A DNA stretch of 64,000 nt from Octopus vulgaris (lineage: Eukaryota), in assembly GCA_951406725.2 (NCBI GenBank), contig OX597822.1:25730001-25794000 (forward strand). Direction: 5' to 3'. The notes beneath the pieces were generated by a model. The model searched no databases, was not told the origin of the DNA, and worked only from the letters and a program-made list of their open reading frames with translations. Shown here piece by piece: positions 13,213 to 26,436 of the stretch (position 1 is the stretch's first letter; each line of letters opens with the position of its first letter). Made by a program: the position numbers and the translations under genes.

Positions 13213-13783
13213 ATTGAAATATCTAAAATATAATCAGAAATATTTAAACAATATTTTAAAGATATAAATAATATATATAATATAATAATTTTACTTGTAA
13301 TAAACTCTGTTATCAAACTAGAGACATAGAACTTAACAATTATGATTATATCCAAATCGACTATAAAGTTAAATATTAATTTTAATTTATAAGGTAGGAA
13401 ACCCACCCAAAATCTAATATCAATATTAGTTTATATCTAATTACATAAATATTTAAAATGACTAATATATATAAATTATCAATGAAAATATATAAATGTA
13501 TATAAATATTATAATTAAGATCTAAAATAATCTCTATAAATAATTGTATATGCACATATAATAAAAACCTAATAAATTTAATTTTTCATATTTAAAGATG
13601 AAATAGCTAATTTCAAAATACAAATAAACTAACTTAAACGAACTTTCGGAAATCATATGTAAAATACTTTTAGAAATAATCAATTCGTAGTAATATAGTA
13701 TCGAATAAATACTATAAGTACTACAAATATAATTATGAATGGGAATAATTATCGAATATAAATTTAAAGAAATATCTAAGTTA

Positions 13784-13856
13784 TGCTATTAAATTTGACA
13801 TGGCCTGGACCAATCTTTAGTCGAAACATATCTAAGTTTATCAAAGTTTATCTAAT
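13784..13856 (+). mobile_element. Solo 3' UTR/tail of the CR1-group LINE
   Basis: TGCTATTAAATTTGACATGGCCTGGACCAATCTTTAGTCGAAACATATCTAAGTTTAT matches about 11990-12056. Confidence 0.8.
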
Positions 13857-14699
13857 TTAATTATAAATTTAAAACTACAATTAATACTATTAAAACATGT
13901 ATATACAAAGCCTAACTTAATACACCTCGTATGCTTGCTATCAAATAATAAATTTATCGCTAAGAAGTATCTTACGAATAAACTTAAATTTAATATCTAA
14001 TAATATAGAAAATTACGATAATTAGATCATTACATAAACAACGATATTTACATAAGGAGAATATTATTACTCCAAAGGCTTATACAATATTAAAATTTAC
14101 AATTTGAAGATCTTAAATAAATACATACTTAACTTAGCGAGGTTTAATCAATGGACTAAAATTTTGAATCAGAAAACGTCTTTTACAGCGTTTATAATAA
14201 TACTCGTGGAATTACGTTATTAGCAAAAAAAAAAAAAGAATAAATTGTTGAAGATTTCATTACGCGTGAGGAACCTACGTTTTATTAAAGATTGTGAATG
14301 GAAAAATTATTTGTTTATCATTGTAAAAATAATGAAGTCACAAATAAAGAATAAAATCTCTCTATACTATAATATTTATTAATAAAATAACTATGATAAA
14401 TCAAACTTAGTACAAAATAAATTAAATGATTAAAATGATTAAAAACCACTAATTATTAAATATATTCTTAAAATCTTATAAGATTAATAAATATATAAAA
14501 ATTAATTTATATAGTAACCCCTCTACATACTATAAATTCTTTCCCATGCCCTTATAATTATAAGCTAAAATTAATGATCATAATAAAATCTATAAATACT
14601 TATCAAAATTTGTAGTATAACTATACATACGTATACATAAATATATAAGAAAATATACATACATATACATATATGTATACATATATATATACATATACA

Positions 14700-14955
14700 A
14701 GGGAAGCCTTGTATACGACATCAATGGATACTTTCGGCACGAGAGAAAGGCAAAACCCAGATTGGTTCAATGCTGGGCTCTCAGAGCTGGAGCCAGTTAT
14801 CGAAGCAAAGCGTGCAGCTCTGATGCAATACAAGAGTGACTCTTCTACAAAGTCATTCGAAGAACTCAGAAAGGCACGAAATAAAACCCAACTGACAGCC
14901 AGACGCTGTGCAAATAGGTATTGGCAGGAAATCTGTCAGAGTATCCAGTCAGCTG
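14700..14955 (+). mobile_element. RTE-clade LINE internal fragment
   Basis: FGTRERQNPDWF...ARRCANRYWQEICQSIQSAA resembles the RTE/BovB linker between APE and RT. Confidence 0.65.
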
Positions 14956-16530
14956 CTATTTTTAAATTTTCTAATTGGAGTTCAGATAAAAGATAAATAC
15001 CTACTAAATCCGTAGCTTGTGCAGAATCAGGTGCTCCCATAGGTATATCAAAAATATCCCTAGTATCTTTCCTAGCCCATATTTTATTTTTATATTTAAT
15101 AAACGATTTCCTAGCCATTTTAATTACATTAACTTCTTCAAATGTCATTCCCACTATTCATTGCAAAAATAAGGGCCTTATTAAATACAATTTCATTAAT
15201 AGAAGAATAGTAATTATCTATATCTATTTGAATAAATTTATATCGATTTTTATCTTTAATATTATTAAACCAATTCAAAGTATTATCATTACTAAACCAT
15301 AATTTCAAGTAATTAAGTTTATTTAATTTCTTAATATATTTATCTAAAATAAGTTTACTCAATTTACCAAGGTCAGATTACATGAACAAATTAATCTAAA
15401 TTTAGGGTCTGAGTAAAAATTATCTTTATGGTCTTTCAGAGTAATTCTAGGGTGCATAGGTACATAAGGTTCAGTTTTATTATCCAATTCATAGTTTATC
15501 ATCACTAATTTAGAGGCCTTATTAATATTATAAAGTTTACTATCTGGAACAATTTTAGGAATCTCTATAAATTGGATGTTAAATTATATGATAACCTTTT
15601 AGAGAAAGAAATAATTAAAAAATATAAAATTGTTCCAGATAGTAAACTTTGTAATATTAATAAGGCCTCTAAATTAGTAATGATAAACTATGAATTGGAT
15701 AATAAAACTGAACCTTATGTACCTATGCACCCTAGAATTACTCAGAAAGACCATAAAGATAATTTTTACTCAGACCCTAAAGTTAGATTAATTTGTCCAT
15801 GTAAATCTGACCTTGGTAAATTGAGTAAACTTATTTTAGATAAATATATTAAGAAATTAAATAAACTTAATTAATTAAAATTATGGTTTGTAATGATAAT
15901 TGGTTTAATAATATTAAAGATAAAATTCGATATAAATTTATTCAAATAGATATAGATAATTACTATTCTTCTATTAATGATATTGTGTTTAATAAGGCCC
16001 TTATTTTTGCAATGAATAAAATGGGAATGACATTTGAAGAAGTTAATGTAATTAAAATGGCTAGGAAATCGTTTATTAAATTTAAAAATAAATTATGGGC
16101 TAGGGATTTTATTGATATACCAATGGGAGCACCTGATTCTGCACAAGCTACGGATTTAGTAGGTATTTATCTTTTATCTGAACTTCAATTAAAAAATTTA
16201 AAAATAGAAGGGGGTTTATATAGGGATGACCTTCTACTAATTACTAAGAATTGCACTAATAGGAACCTAGAAGTATATAAGAAAAAAATTTATAGTTTCT
16301 TTAAAAGATATGGTTTAAGTATCACTATATATAATGAGAATTTTAGTGTTAATTATTTAGATGTTAATTTTAATCTAATTACAGGTAAAACACAACCATA
16401 TCATAAACTTAATGAGAACCTTAGATATATAAATGTTAATAGTAATCACCCAGCATCAATTAAAAAATCGTTGATTAATAATATAAGTAAACGTATATCA
16501 TTACTTTCTTATGATTTAGAGATTTTTCGG
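14956..16530 (+). mobile_element. AT-rich Penelope-like RT fragment with an inverted duplicate of its own 5' part
   Basis: DPKVRLICPCKSDLG, FIQIDIDNYYSSI, DIPMGAPDSA, GLYRDD, NYLDV; arms 14956-15557 and 15625-16207. Confidence 0.85.
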
Positions 16531-16536
16531 ATTTGC

Positions 16537-17959
16537 CAGGCAACACTCTACGACCCCGCTGAAAACTAATGAAGTGGTCTTCCTACTTACATACCTGAGT
16601 ATACGTACTTCCAAGGTTAAGGAAGGAGGATATTCCATCAGAGGTCGACGTTGCCTGACTGGTGGCGGCAATCACCTTAGGCTTACAGGAAAAAATAATC
16701 CCCCAAGCAACCAAAATCAAACAGCAGGACTGGCAGGAACAGAGATTAGAGATGCTAATCGAGGCTGCTCCTGCGGACCTCGAGGTGATTGTTGACACGA
16801 TACTGGTGGGTGACGACACCAAGCTAAGAGTTATGGTGGAGGGTAGAAAGCCTTGTTGTTTTAAGTGCGGACATTCATATTTTTGTGTGTGATGTTCCGG
16901 TCTGGTGCATTTTGCTCATCATTATACATTCCTTCGGTTTGGGTTTGTTGTCTTTCGTTGTTTACTTCGTTTTTGATGGATGTGTTAGTCTGTGTTCGTA
17001 TTTTATAGTCCCAGTGATTGGGATATTATTGTGTAATTATTATCTACGTTTTCCTAGTGTATATTTCCTTTTAAGTGCTCTATTTCTATTTCTGATATGT
17101 ATGTTAGCTAGTTTATTAAGGTTTATTGCTGTATCCAAATCTTCATCTACATTACTTTTCTTCCAGATTTTATATGTATATGTTGTTGTGTCTTCGTTCT
17201 GTGGGTAGAGCACTGCTGTAAAATAAGCGAATAGGATTGAAATATATTCCTCACGTGTCTATCTATGCTTTTTTTAATGTTATTTGCGGGATATGAGGAA
17301 TAACGTTCATCCCTTTATTCTTCTTCTTCTTCTTCTTCTTCTTCTTCTTCTTCTTCTTCTTCTTCTTCTTCTTCTTCTTCTTCTTCTTCTTCTTCTTCTT
17401 CTATACTCTCAACAAATCGGAGAGATTAGATAGATTTTTATGTGTTCCTGTTAGGTATTTTAACCAGAAGTTGGTGATTTTATTATTATTCTATGTTTTA
17501 CTTTTGTTTACATTTGCACAAGCTGGCCCCAAGTCTCACCCAGAGACCTCAAGAGACAACAAGTTGGAAGTTCATGTTGGTGTTATGCCTAGGGTGCCAT
17601 TTATTTGGTTTTGTACTTAGTGTTGTACTAGTGAATGCCTAAAAAACCATACGAAAATTAGGTTTGTTTTAAAACTTGAGATTACATAGAAAGTATTTTG
17701 CGTAGAATATGAGCAGTTCCCATGAGCACTATCTTTTGAATTGCTGCCATTTTTGTGTTTCCTGGTATTTGAGTTAGGTAGCAATCAGCCGCTTTTGCTA
17801 TCATTCCCAGGGCACCTATGGCAACAGGTATTGTTTTAGCTTTCAGGTTCCACATTTTGCTGATTTCTATTTCCAGATCTTTATGTTTGCTCAGTTTCTG
17901 GCAGGTCTTGACAGATACGTTTATATCGATTGGGACAGTCATATCAATGAGGAAGCATG

Positions 17960-18040
<81 letters not shown>

Positions 18041-18501
18041 GAGTGAGAGAGCAGTTCATGCCATCAAAGTGACACTGGGGTAAAATATACGAAGCCCAAT
18101 ATACCCATCATGACTACCCGTCTGATAAAGGTACACCAGGCACATGCATCACAACCATATGTGCGCGACATGGTGATCTCATATCAAGATAAACAGCACA
18201 TGACCTTGCAGGTGGGGCCCAGTTAGAATTTTCTTCAGGTTGAGTAGCCCATCCCGCTCAAACGGTCCCTGAATAAGGGTTGTTTAAGGATGTTGAAAGA
18301 ACCACCCATGTTTCAAGAGGTGAACTATTCAAACCCCAAAGAATCCCTCTCAACACATGGCTATGATGCTCCCCCACTACTTCTGCTCGTGATCAGAGAT
18401 GCACATATCGTCGGCCACTAAGGGACATGCTCAACTGGTTATGGTCAAACAACTGACAAGCAAATCTGTGGCATTGAGCAGAATATTTGCTGTAGCCCAT
18501 C

Positions 18502-18559
<58 letters not shown>

Positions 18560-18970
18560 CATACACTCAACAGATTAGACTGTTGGAAAAGAAAAGAAAC
18601 CTACCATCGGGCTACAACAAGTAGATTTAGATGCCAAGAATTTTCATAAGTACTTTAGCTGTCCCTAATAACACTGTTTTCCGCAGCTGTACTTCACTGG
18701 ATTTTATACCTATTTCCTTTATCCAGCTGTTCACATCTTTAGGGATAGTTCCCAATGCACCTATAACTACTGGGATGAATTTTACCCGCTCTTTCAATAG
18801 TCTTTGTAATTCATTAGCTAGGTTCTGTTACTTTGCATACTTCACATGGGACAGAGAAACGCACTGTATTAAAATAATCACATCAGATTGTTCATTTCCA
18901 AAATCATGTAATAGAGATGTGACTGTTATTTTCATTTTTGCGTAATTTAGACGACAATTTATTCACCGCA

Positions 18971-19035
<65 letters not shown>

Positions 19036-19462
19036 TATTCCAAACAAGAAAGCACAAAAAACACAACAACGCGAGGACGTGGAACAAATATAGTATTATT
19101 GGACGCTCAGGAAAGAAGGAAAGAAGGAGGGTTTAACGTTTCGAGCTGAGCTCTTCGTCGGAAACATAGGAGAAGGAAAGATCTAGAGAAAGGAAGACAG
19201 AGGAAAAAAATCGCCAACGTTACGCACGAGGTCACATTTTGAAAGCAAAAATTTGAAACCCCAAATGTCGCCAGATCAATCCAGCCAAATCCGAGATCGG
19301 TCTGGTGAGCAAACACATATTAAGAGATATCAATAACAGCATAAGAAGACCCACCAACCTTTCCCTGTAACGCAGCACCAGCGAAGTGACCGCATGGTTT
19401 AACACCTACAAGGGAAGTGGCAAAGCAAGGTTCGCCCAATTTGTTATAGTCGATTTTTACCC

Positions 19463-19512
<50 letters not shown>

Positions 19513-21639
19513 GGAAAACCCAGGGTAATCCCATGAATGAGCATTCCCCAGTTTTAAAATATACACTGCTCTACAAATTATAGCGTGCTTCTTCTCTGGA
19601 TTTATGTTTTCTACGAACGATTCTTTTTGGTCCCCGGCCAGAGTTTTTCACAAAGACAACGTGGTTTCTGTTAAACAGATGACCAGTGCCGTGCATCTAC
19701 ATATATGCGGAGACCACGGGTCTCTCATAAATATGGAATGATTTGAGCTCAGATACTCCACCAAAAACATCCCCACGCCATCCAACGAACTATACACCCG
19801 CATGCTGCTGGAAAAGATAATGGACGTGATTAGGCGTATGAGGTAGAATGCTTTCTCCTACGACCTAGCCGCACCATCCCCGGAGGGTAACAACTACAGC
19901 AGTAGATCGAGAAAACACCCACCCAGAATCAAGGACCTCGAATCCTTGGAGGCGGACCTGCTGGGAATCATCCCAAAACAGAAATTCCGAAAGTCCCTTT
20001 ACTCCTTCCAACGCAAGCTCCGGGCCGATATTATATTATTAAAACTCAGATAAGTCCCTAATCTTCTCCGATAGACACCCTAGAGTATGATAGACTACTA
20101 GAAAATAACGGCACACAAAATTATAGGATCTCCCCCGCACAAATATAGCGACATTAACAGTGAAGCCAAAAAATTAGCTAACGAACAAGAGATAGAAGAC
20201 AAGGTAGAGATCCTTGCTAAAAGAAACGCTTTCATCACCATAAAAGATTATAAACGGAACTTTTCCTCAAACCCCAAATGTCGCCAGATCAATCCAGCCA
20301 AATCCGAGATCGGTCTGGCGAGCAAACACATATTAAGAGATATCAATAACAGCATAAGGAGGCCCACCAACCTTTCCCTGTAAAGCAGCACCAGCGAAGT
20401 GACCGCATGGTTTAACAGCTACAAGGGAAGAGGCAAAGCAAGGTTCACCCAATTTGTTATAGTCGATCTTTACCCGTCTATATCAAAAGGGCTACTGACC
20501 AAGGCGCTTTCTATCACTAGGGGCTTCGCCAGCATTAGCGACAGAGATGTAGAAATTATCATGCATGCCAGAAAGACAGTGCTGTTCAACAAAGGTTCTG
20601 CATGGGTCAAGCAATCCGACCCTACGGGCTCCTTTGACGTAGCGATCGGAGTCTACGACGGCGCTGTTGTATGCGATCTCATCGGGTTGTATATTCTAGA
20701 TAACCTTAAGAAAAAATTTCTCTTTGTTCGCTTTTTTCATCTACAGAGATGACGCCCTGGCCATCTCTTAGGCAGCAAGCGGGCATACACTAGGCAGGAT
20801 TAAAAAGACACTTAATCAGTACACTTGCCTCCTTGAGATTGAAGATCAGCATAAAGACCATCTTCACGTTCAACTTGGGCGCCGGTACTTACAGGCCCTA
20901 TCGCAAACCAAAGGAAAAGCTAACGTACATCAACTTTGCCTCCTGCCACCCACCCATCCTGTTCAAGAACCTCGTAGAGGGTGTTTAGTAAGAAGATTAC
21001 GAGCCTTTCCTCCAACCAAGAGGCTTTCGATGCAGCGGCCCCGTACTATAACGAGGCCCTCGTTGACAACGGATTTAGGGACCGCATCACCTACATGCCA
21101 AAACCCAACAGCCGCAGAAATACCATTTAGTTGCTTCCTCACCACTTCTCCCTTAACACAATAACGTCCGTAAGTAGACTATTCCTTAAGTTAGTAGACA
21201 AGCATTTCACTAGCTCTCATAGGTACGGGCTCATCTTCAACAGGCACAACGTTAGGGTCTCGTTTAGCTGTGCCCCCAGTAGTAAGAGTATTGTAGTTAG
21301 TGCCCCTAAGCCACAGGAAGAGGCAGGTTGTTCATGCAGGGACCGCAACAGTTGCTCGACAGGAGGCTTCTGCGAACCCAAAGGGGTCGTCTATCAAGCC
21401 GAAGTATTAGTGAACCCTGGCAATACCACCGGCAGAAGTAATAGCAGCCAATATATATGAGAACAGAACCAACAACACCACCACCATCGCCGCAGTTGAC
21501 AGCATTAACAACGTTAGCAACAGCAGCATCACAGACAGCATTGGCAGTCCTCCCGTTGGCAGCATCACTAACAACAACAACAGCAGCATCACCACCAACA
21601 CCAACCTTACCAATGACTTCTCTGACGTCTACAGTAGCA
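16537..21639 (-). repeat. Right arm of large inverted duplication (partner 2634-8583)
   Basis: Reverse complement of the left arm; lacks the mariner and carries an extra block at 18041-18501. Confidence 0.95.
18041..18501. mobile_element. Non-coding interspersed repeat embedded in (TTA)n
   Basis: Absent from the left arm; reverse-complement homologs at about 42675-42835 and 44490-44700. Confidence 0.7.
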
Positions 21640-22300
21640 GTGGTTAGGGCAGCGGACACGGGGTCGGAGAATCGCAGTTTCGATTCCCAGACCGGGCGTT
21701 TTGTGTGTTTATTGAGCGAAAACACCTAAAAGCCCCACGAGGCTCCGGCAGGGGATGGTGGCGACTCCTGTTGTACTCTTTCGCTCCAACTTTCTCTCAC
21801 TCTTTCTTCCTGTTTCTTGTCCTCGCTGAGCCTTGATGCGCATTCATCCATCCGTCGATGCTCTCGGTGTCGGGGGTTGACCTGCTTTCTCTTCTGCGGG
21901 TCTTACGAATAGCAAAGGACCACGTTTCGGACTTCTCCCACTAATGGGACGAAGACCGCTTCGCTCAACAAACAAGCAGCAACAACAGCAACAAGTGCAG
22001 CACCGACAACATGCGCCTACGGAAATGCATTGAATGTACTGGGAATTCTCTCAAGCAGCGTATCTCCAGCCATAGGTCCTCCTTCAGAGTTCTGGAAAGG
22101 AGGTACGTAACATCGCTGGCCAATCACGTCTGGCAACTAAGAGACAATGGGATCCTCATGGTCGATCTCATGGAAATTACTAGAGACCCCAGGCCCCTAC
22201 ATCAACGGGACGAAGCGTTGCAAGTTATGCATAGCTGAACGCGCGAGCATCCTAAAAGATTCACTCCAACCAGGGAGCACCCCTAACTCCAGAACGGGGG
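19733..22300 (+). mobile_element. Penelope-like element, degraded RT plus GIY-YIG, interrupted by a SINE
   Basis: RT motifs as in the left copy; C-terminal RKCIECTGNSLKQRISSHRSSFR...TSLANHVWQLR at 22011-22160. Confidence 0.85.
21639..21960 (+). mobile_element. tRNA-derived SINE (same head as 1835-2133)
   Basis: AGTGGTTAGGGCAGCGGAC...TTCGATTCCCAGACCGGGCG...GAGCGAAAACACCTAAA. Confidence 0.75.
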
Positions 22301-23148
22301 TTTTAATTGTGTATTGATATATGAAGATTGTTACAGAGTTGAATTGTGATCCTTTTCGTTAGGTCTTCCAGTCAAATGAAGGCATGTGGCTTAGTGATTA
22401 GGGTAGACGTCTTACGCTCGATAGGTTGTGAGCTCGGTTTCTGGTGGCGTGTTGTGTCCGTGAACAAGACGCTTTATATCATGTTTCTATAGTCCACTGG
22501 GCAACGTTGTTGTTTATGTTTGGAACATTAGTATTAACATTTCGAGAGCTTTTTGACCTCATCATCAAAATGAAATAATGGTAATTATAACGTTGTTCGC
22601 ACACTATGCAATAGGTTGCGAAAGATCATGGCGATACTGCTATAACTATATTTTAAAACATCTGTATTTAATTTCTCTATAAAATTGTAGTATCATCAAC
22701 TAATGATTGTTGTTTTCTATTTAGTATTATTTCTTGTACTGTATAATAATGTATTGTGGTGACCTCTCGATTAAAAAGGAGACGAGTAATCATGGAATGT
22801 TCACCAATAACAAAACGCAAACCAACATTCATTGTGCTTCTGATGGTGAAAATAATAAGGCAATATTTTATGTATATGATGCTGAACAAATTTATAAGTG
22901 ACTTCATTTGAAAAACACTGTTTTCTTCTTTTATTTTTCATATTTTGCATCTTTCAATCGTCGCACTGCGGTCATGCTAAGAGTACTTTCTTGTTGAGTT
23001 TTGTCTAACAAATCAGTAACTGTACTTACTTGTTAAAAGGTTGGTACTTACTTTATCGTTCTCTTTTGATGAATTGCTAAGATAATGTACCAAAACTAAT
23101 CGCCAAGTGGTTTGTGAAGGGGAACAAATATAAACGCACGCACATATG

Positions 23149-23197
<49 letters not shown>

Positions 23198-23496
23198 GGA
23201 GGAGAGAAAACAAATTCAAAGGTCGATGTATATATTCATTCAATCCATATTAACGAAATTCTGCATGGTATAAATACATATATAGATGCATTCATCTGTA
23301 TGATATATAAAATTTCATAGACATATAAAAATTTATAAACACATAAAAATTCATAGATATAAATACATAAAAATATAAGTCCATAAATGTACTTGCGACG
23401 TCCGAATGTTCAAATTTCAATCAATGAAGAGGATGATAAAGTGAATATAAAATATTCATAAGCAATCTGGAACATGTATAAAATCTATGTATAAAG

Positions 23497-23583
23497 TCTT
23501 ACGGCCGTTTCGAAAACATATAGGATGCTATGGGCGAGCTAAATCCAACCATCGCAATACTCTATATTTCTCTCATCAGAGTT
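23497..23583 (-). ncRNA. Type I hammerhead with extended stem II
   Basis: Reverse complement CTGATGA-GAGAAATATAG...CTATATGTTTTC-GAAA-CGGCCG-TA; palindromic stem III; stem I is weak. Confidence 0.7.
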
Positions 23584-23738
23584 AATATAATCATTTAGAA
23601 GAAATGGCGTTTTCTCTCCTCCTCCTTAATTTTATATTCCTGAACCTCTATCAGAGCGCTAATTAGTTGAGTTGTATAAAGTGGATATCTATATCACTTA
23701 TTTCTTCATTATATACATACATACATATATGTATGTAA

Positions 23739-23782
<44 letters not shown>

Positions 23783-23791
23783 TTACACACA

Positions 23792-23839
<48 letters not shown>

Positions 23840-23849
23840 TATATATATT

Positions 23850-23895
<46 letters not shown>

Positions 23896-24058
23896 CATAT
23901 TTATATAATGATGAACTTTATATAGTGCTCAGGTACACTACAACTCATCAGAAAAAGTATTCAAAACTGTATGAACCGTACATAGAATATGCACAGTAAG
24001 TGAACACCGTAAGAGTCTTTTAGAAAAAAGGAAGAAGCAGAAACAGGGGTAAGGGGCG

Positions 24059-24830
24059 TCAGATGTACTGTAAGCGTACTTCAAGAAGAATAGAAGCTTT
24101 GAAGGACGTAGTGACTTGACAGCCGATAACAGATGGAGGTAATTTATTCCATGCTTCTACAATTGTGAGCGTAAAAAAATGTTTCTGAAAATAATCGGTG
24201 CTGTGTTCTGTAAGCATGTCCACAAGTGTTAGACTTCTGGAATGCCAAACGTTGTTGGAAAGATAATGAGTAATCTTGTAGGTATCTAGCAAGTCAGTTG
24301 CCCGATGTCGGAACTTTAATGTGTCCATGTTCACGGAAGCAAGATGTTCAGTGTACGGCAGATATTCGTCTGTTTGCACGTTTCTGAACAGTTTTCAGGA
24401 GACTTATGTGCCGAGCAAGATAAAAATTCTAAACTGGTGATGCAAACTCTAAGTGTTGACGTACCATAGATATATGCAGCTTTAAATAGATAGCTCTAGA
24501 GTGGCTGACATAGATCTTACTGGGTATTGCTGAGACACTCTCAGCTTTCTTGACTATCTTAGACGTAGTTTGTCCAATGCAGATTGTTGTTGACAATAGC
24601 ACCCATCTCACGTTCACTAACATACTTGTTAGGATTGGTACTGTTGAGGGAGCTTGTAAAAGCTGGGTTTTTTCTTTCGTATTACATGGTGATGCACTTG
24701 GAAATCCAATGCAGTTGGAAATCCAATGCTAGATTTAATTGGAGGAAAGATCTATAGTGTATAGGACCTATTTCTTTTATCTCAAGGTACAATTTAATAT
24801 AATTTGCATATTTCAACTCTGTAACATTCT
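24059..24830 (-). mobile_element. Old CR1-like RT 3' remnant
   Basis: SMVRQHLEFASPV; HFFTLTIVEAWNKLPPSVI. Confidence 0.75.
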
Positions 24831-24840
24831 ACAACTTGGC

Positions 24841-25006
24841 ATATATATCCTTTTTCCAGTGACGAAAAGTCACTGATCTCGAAAAAGGGTAAATGTGGCT
24901 AAACAGATAGATAGGTACATAGGTAATACGGACAAACAAGCACACACACGCATACACACGCACACACATACAAACTCATGAAAGTCACTGGAAAAAGGAT
25001 ATATAT
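24841..25006. mobile_element. Small non-autonomous inverted-repeat element (MITE- or Helentron/DINE-like)
   Basis: ATATATATCCTTTTTCCAGTGAC ... GTCACTGGAAAAAGGATATATAT; internal hairpin and (CA)n core. Confidence 0.6.
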
Positions 25007-25052
25007 ATATATATTCATTTGGAACCTCGTCACATCAACCACCGGTGATTGT

Positions 25053-25096
25053 CACACGCTGATGACGGGTCAATATCCAGAAACTCGGTCCGTGTG
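25053..25096 (+). ncRNA. Minimal type I hammerhead ribozyme, canonical core
   Basis: CACACG-CTGATGA-C-GGGT-CAAT-ATCC-A-GAAA-C-TCG-GTC-CGTGTG: perfect 6-bp stem I, GUC site. Confidence 0.85.
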
Positions 25097-25795
25097 TATA
25101 ACGTCAGGTTGCAGATGAGAAGGATGGCTTCCCTTTGCAAATACTGATAGGGCATCCACCCTTAAGGTTTAGCCACATTCATCATTGAGGGACCAAAATT
25201 CATCCAACAGAATAACTTTTTAAACTTCAATGAGAACATTTACAGAAAAAAATCTGTAAGTTTATAAAGCTAGTAATTTTTAGTGGTGTGTTTGGGTAAA
25301 CTGACCATTCATCACAATGATATAAAATTACAACCTTAATATATAATTCAACGAGTGGTCAAACTAAGAAGTTATTTATGACCACTACCATCTCATCCAA
25401 GACAACATCCTTTTCCAGCTCTATAGTATTTTATCTCTTTATCTCTTATTCTACTTTATCATTTTATTTCTTTTGTTAAATTATTCCAATTTTGGTCAAT
25501 CTTATTTATATGTGTATCTAACTATATTATCCTTATTTTTACTTTTATTATCCTCATTTTATTACATTTGTTTTTACTTCCGTTACTCTTATCTTATTTC
25601 TTATTTTATTTCTTACTTTATTTTTTAACTTTATATGTAAGATCGAAGATGAAAATTTTTGCTGGGAACTCAAGAGATATAGCTTATACACACATTTCCC
25701 ATTTTTTAAATCTACGACCGCATTGTTGTTTTCATTACGAAATTTCGTAACAAATCACGTGTTTCAAGCTTTATAAATAATCTCTTATTATATCA

Positions 25796-25853
<58 letters not shown>

Positions 25854-26014
25854 CAGGCTTCTTTCAATTTCTGCTACGAAATCCATCACCAGTACACATG
25901 TCTAAGGTGCAACGCCGTGGAACTGAACCAAGAATCATATTGTTAGAAAGCAAACTTCATACAACACCCGCTCACTCTGATAAGCTTATTTAAATAATAA
26001 TTGATCGCGACAAA

Positions 26015-26045
<31 letters not shown>

Positions 26046-26331
26046 ATCCTGTCACTGTTTTACCTGTGTAAAAGCAGTCGTCTCCTTTTCGCTCATTGTT
26101 GAACGATACTTCCAGGGGAGAACAACACATCTACGCAGATGACTGTAAAACTATTTTAAATTTCAGAAAAATAAGACAAATATTTTAAGTGGAATAGTGG
26201 AGAATCTGAAAATATATTTGTACTAATTTTATATATCAGAAAGTGTAAATTATTCACAAAACTGCATTTAGATCTTAAAATCCAGCAGACCGTATCAACG
26301 TTATAAATCTTAGTACTTGCCCGATCTTAAA

Positions 26332-26436
26332 ATGCCTATATTTAGAAAAGACGGCTGTTTTAAAGTTTGTTTACTGATTGTAGCTGTCAGTTTTGTCTGT
26401 TTTGCCCTTTCAAAGATTTATGCTGTAAATTTCCAG
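26332..26436 (+). CDS. METTL24: Putative exon 1 of METTL24-like gene (signal-anchor)
   Basis: ATG...MPIFRKDGCFKVCLLIVAVSFVCFALSKIYAVNFQ then CAG|GTAAGT consensus donor, phase 0. Linkage to downstream exons is inferred from phase and topology. Confidence 0.7.

Noticed and set aside
23915-23955. CTGATGA on the minus strand followed by a hairpin
   Set aside because: No GAAA or stem III follows; not counted as a hammerhead.
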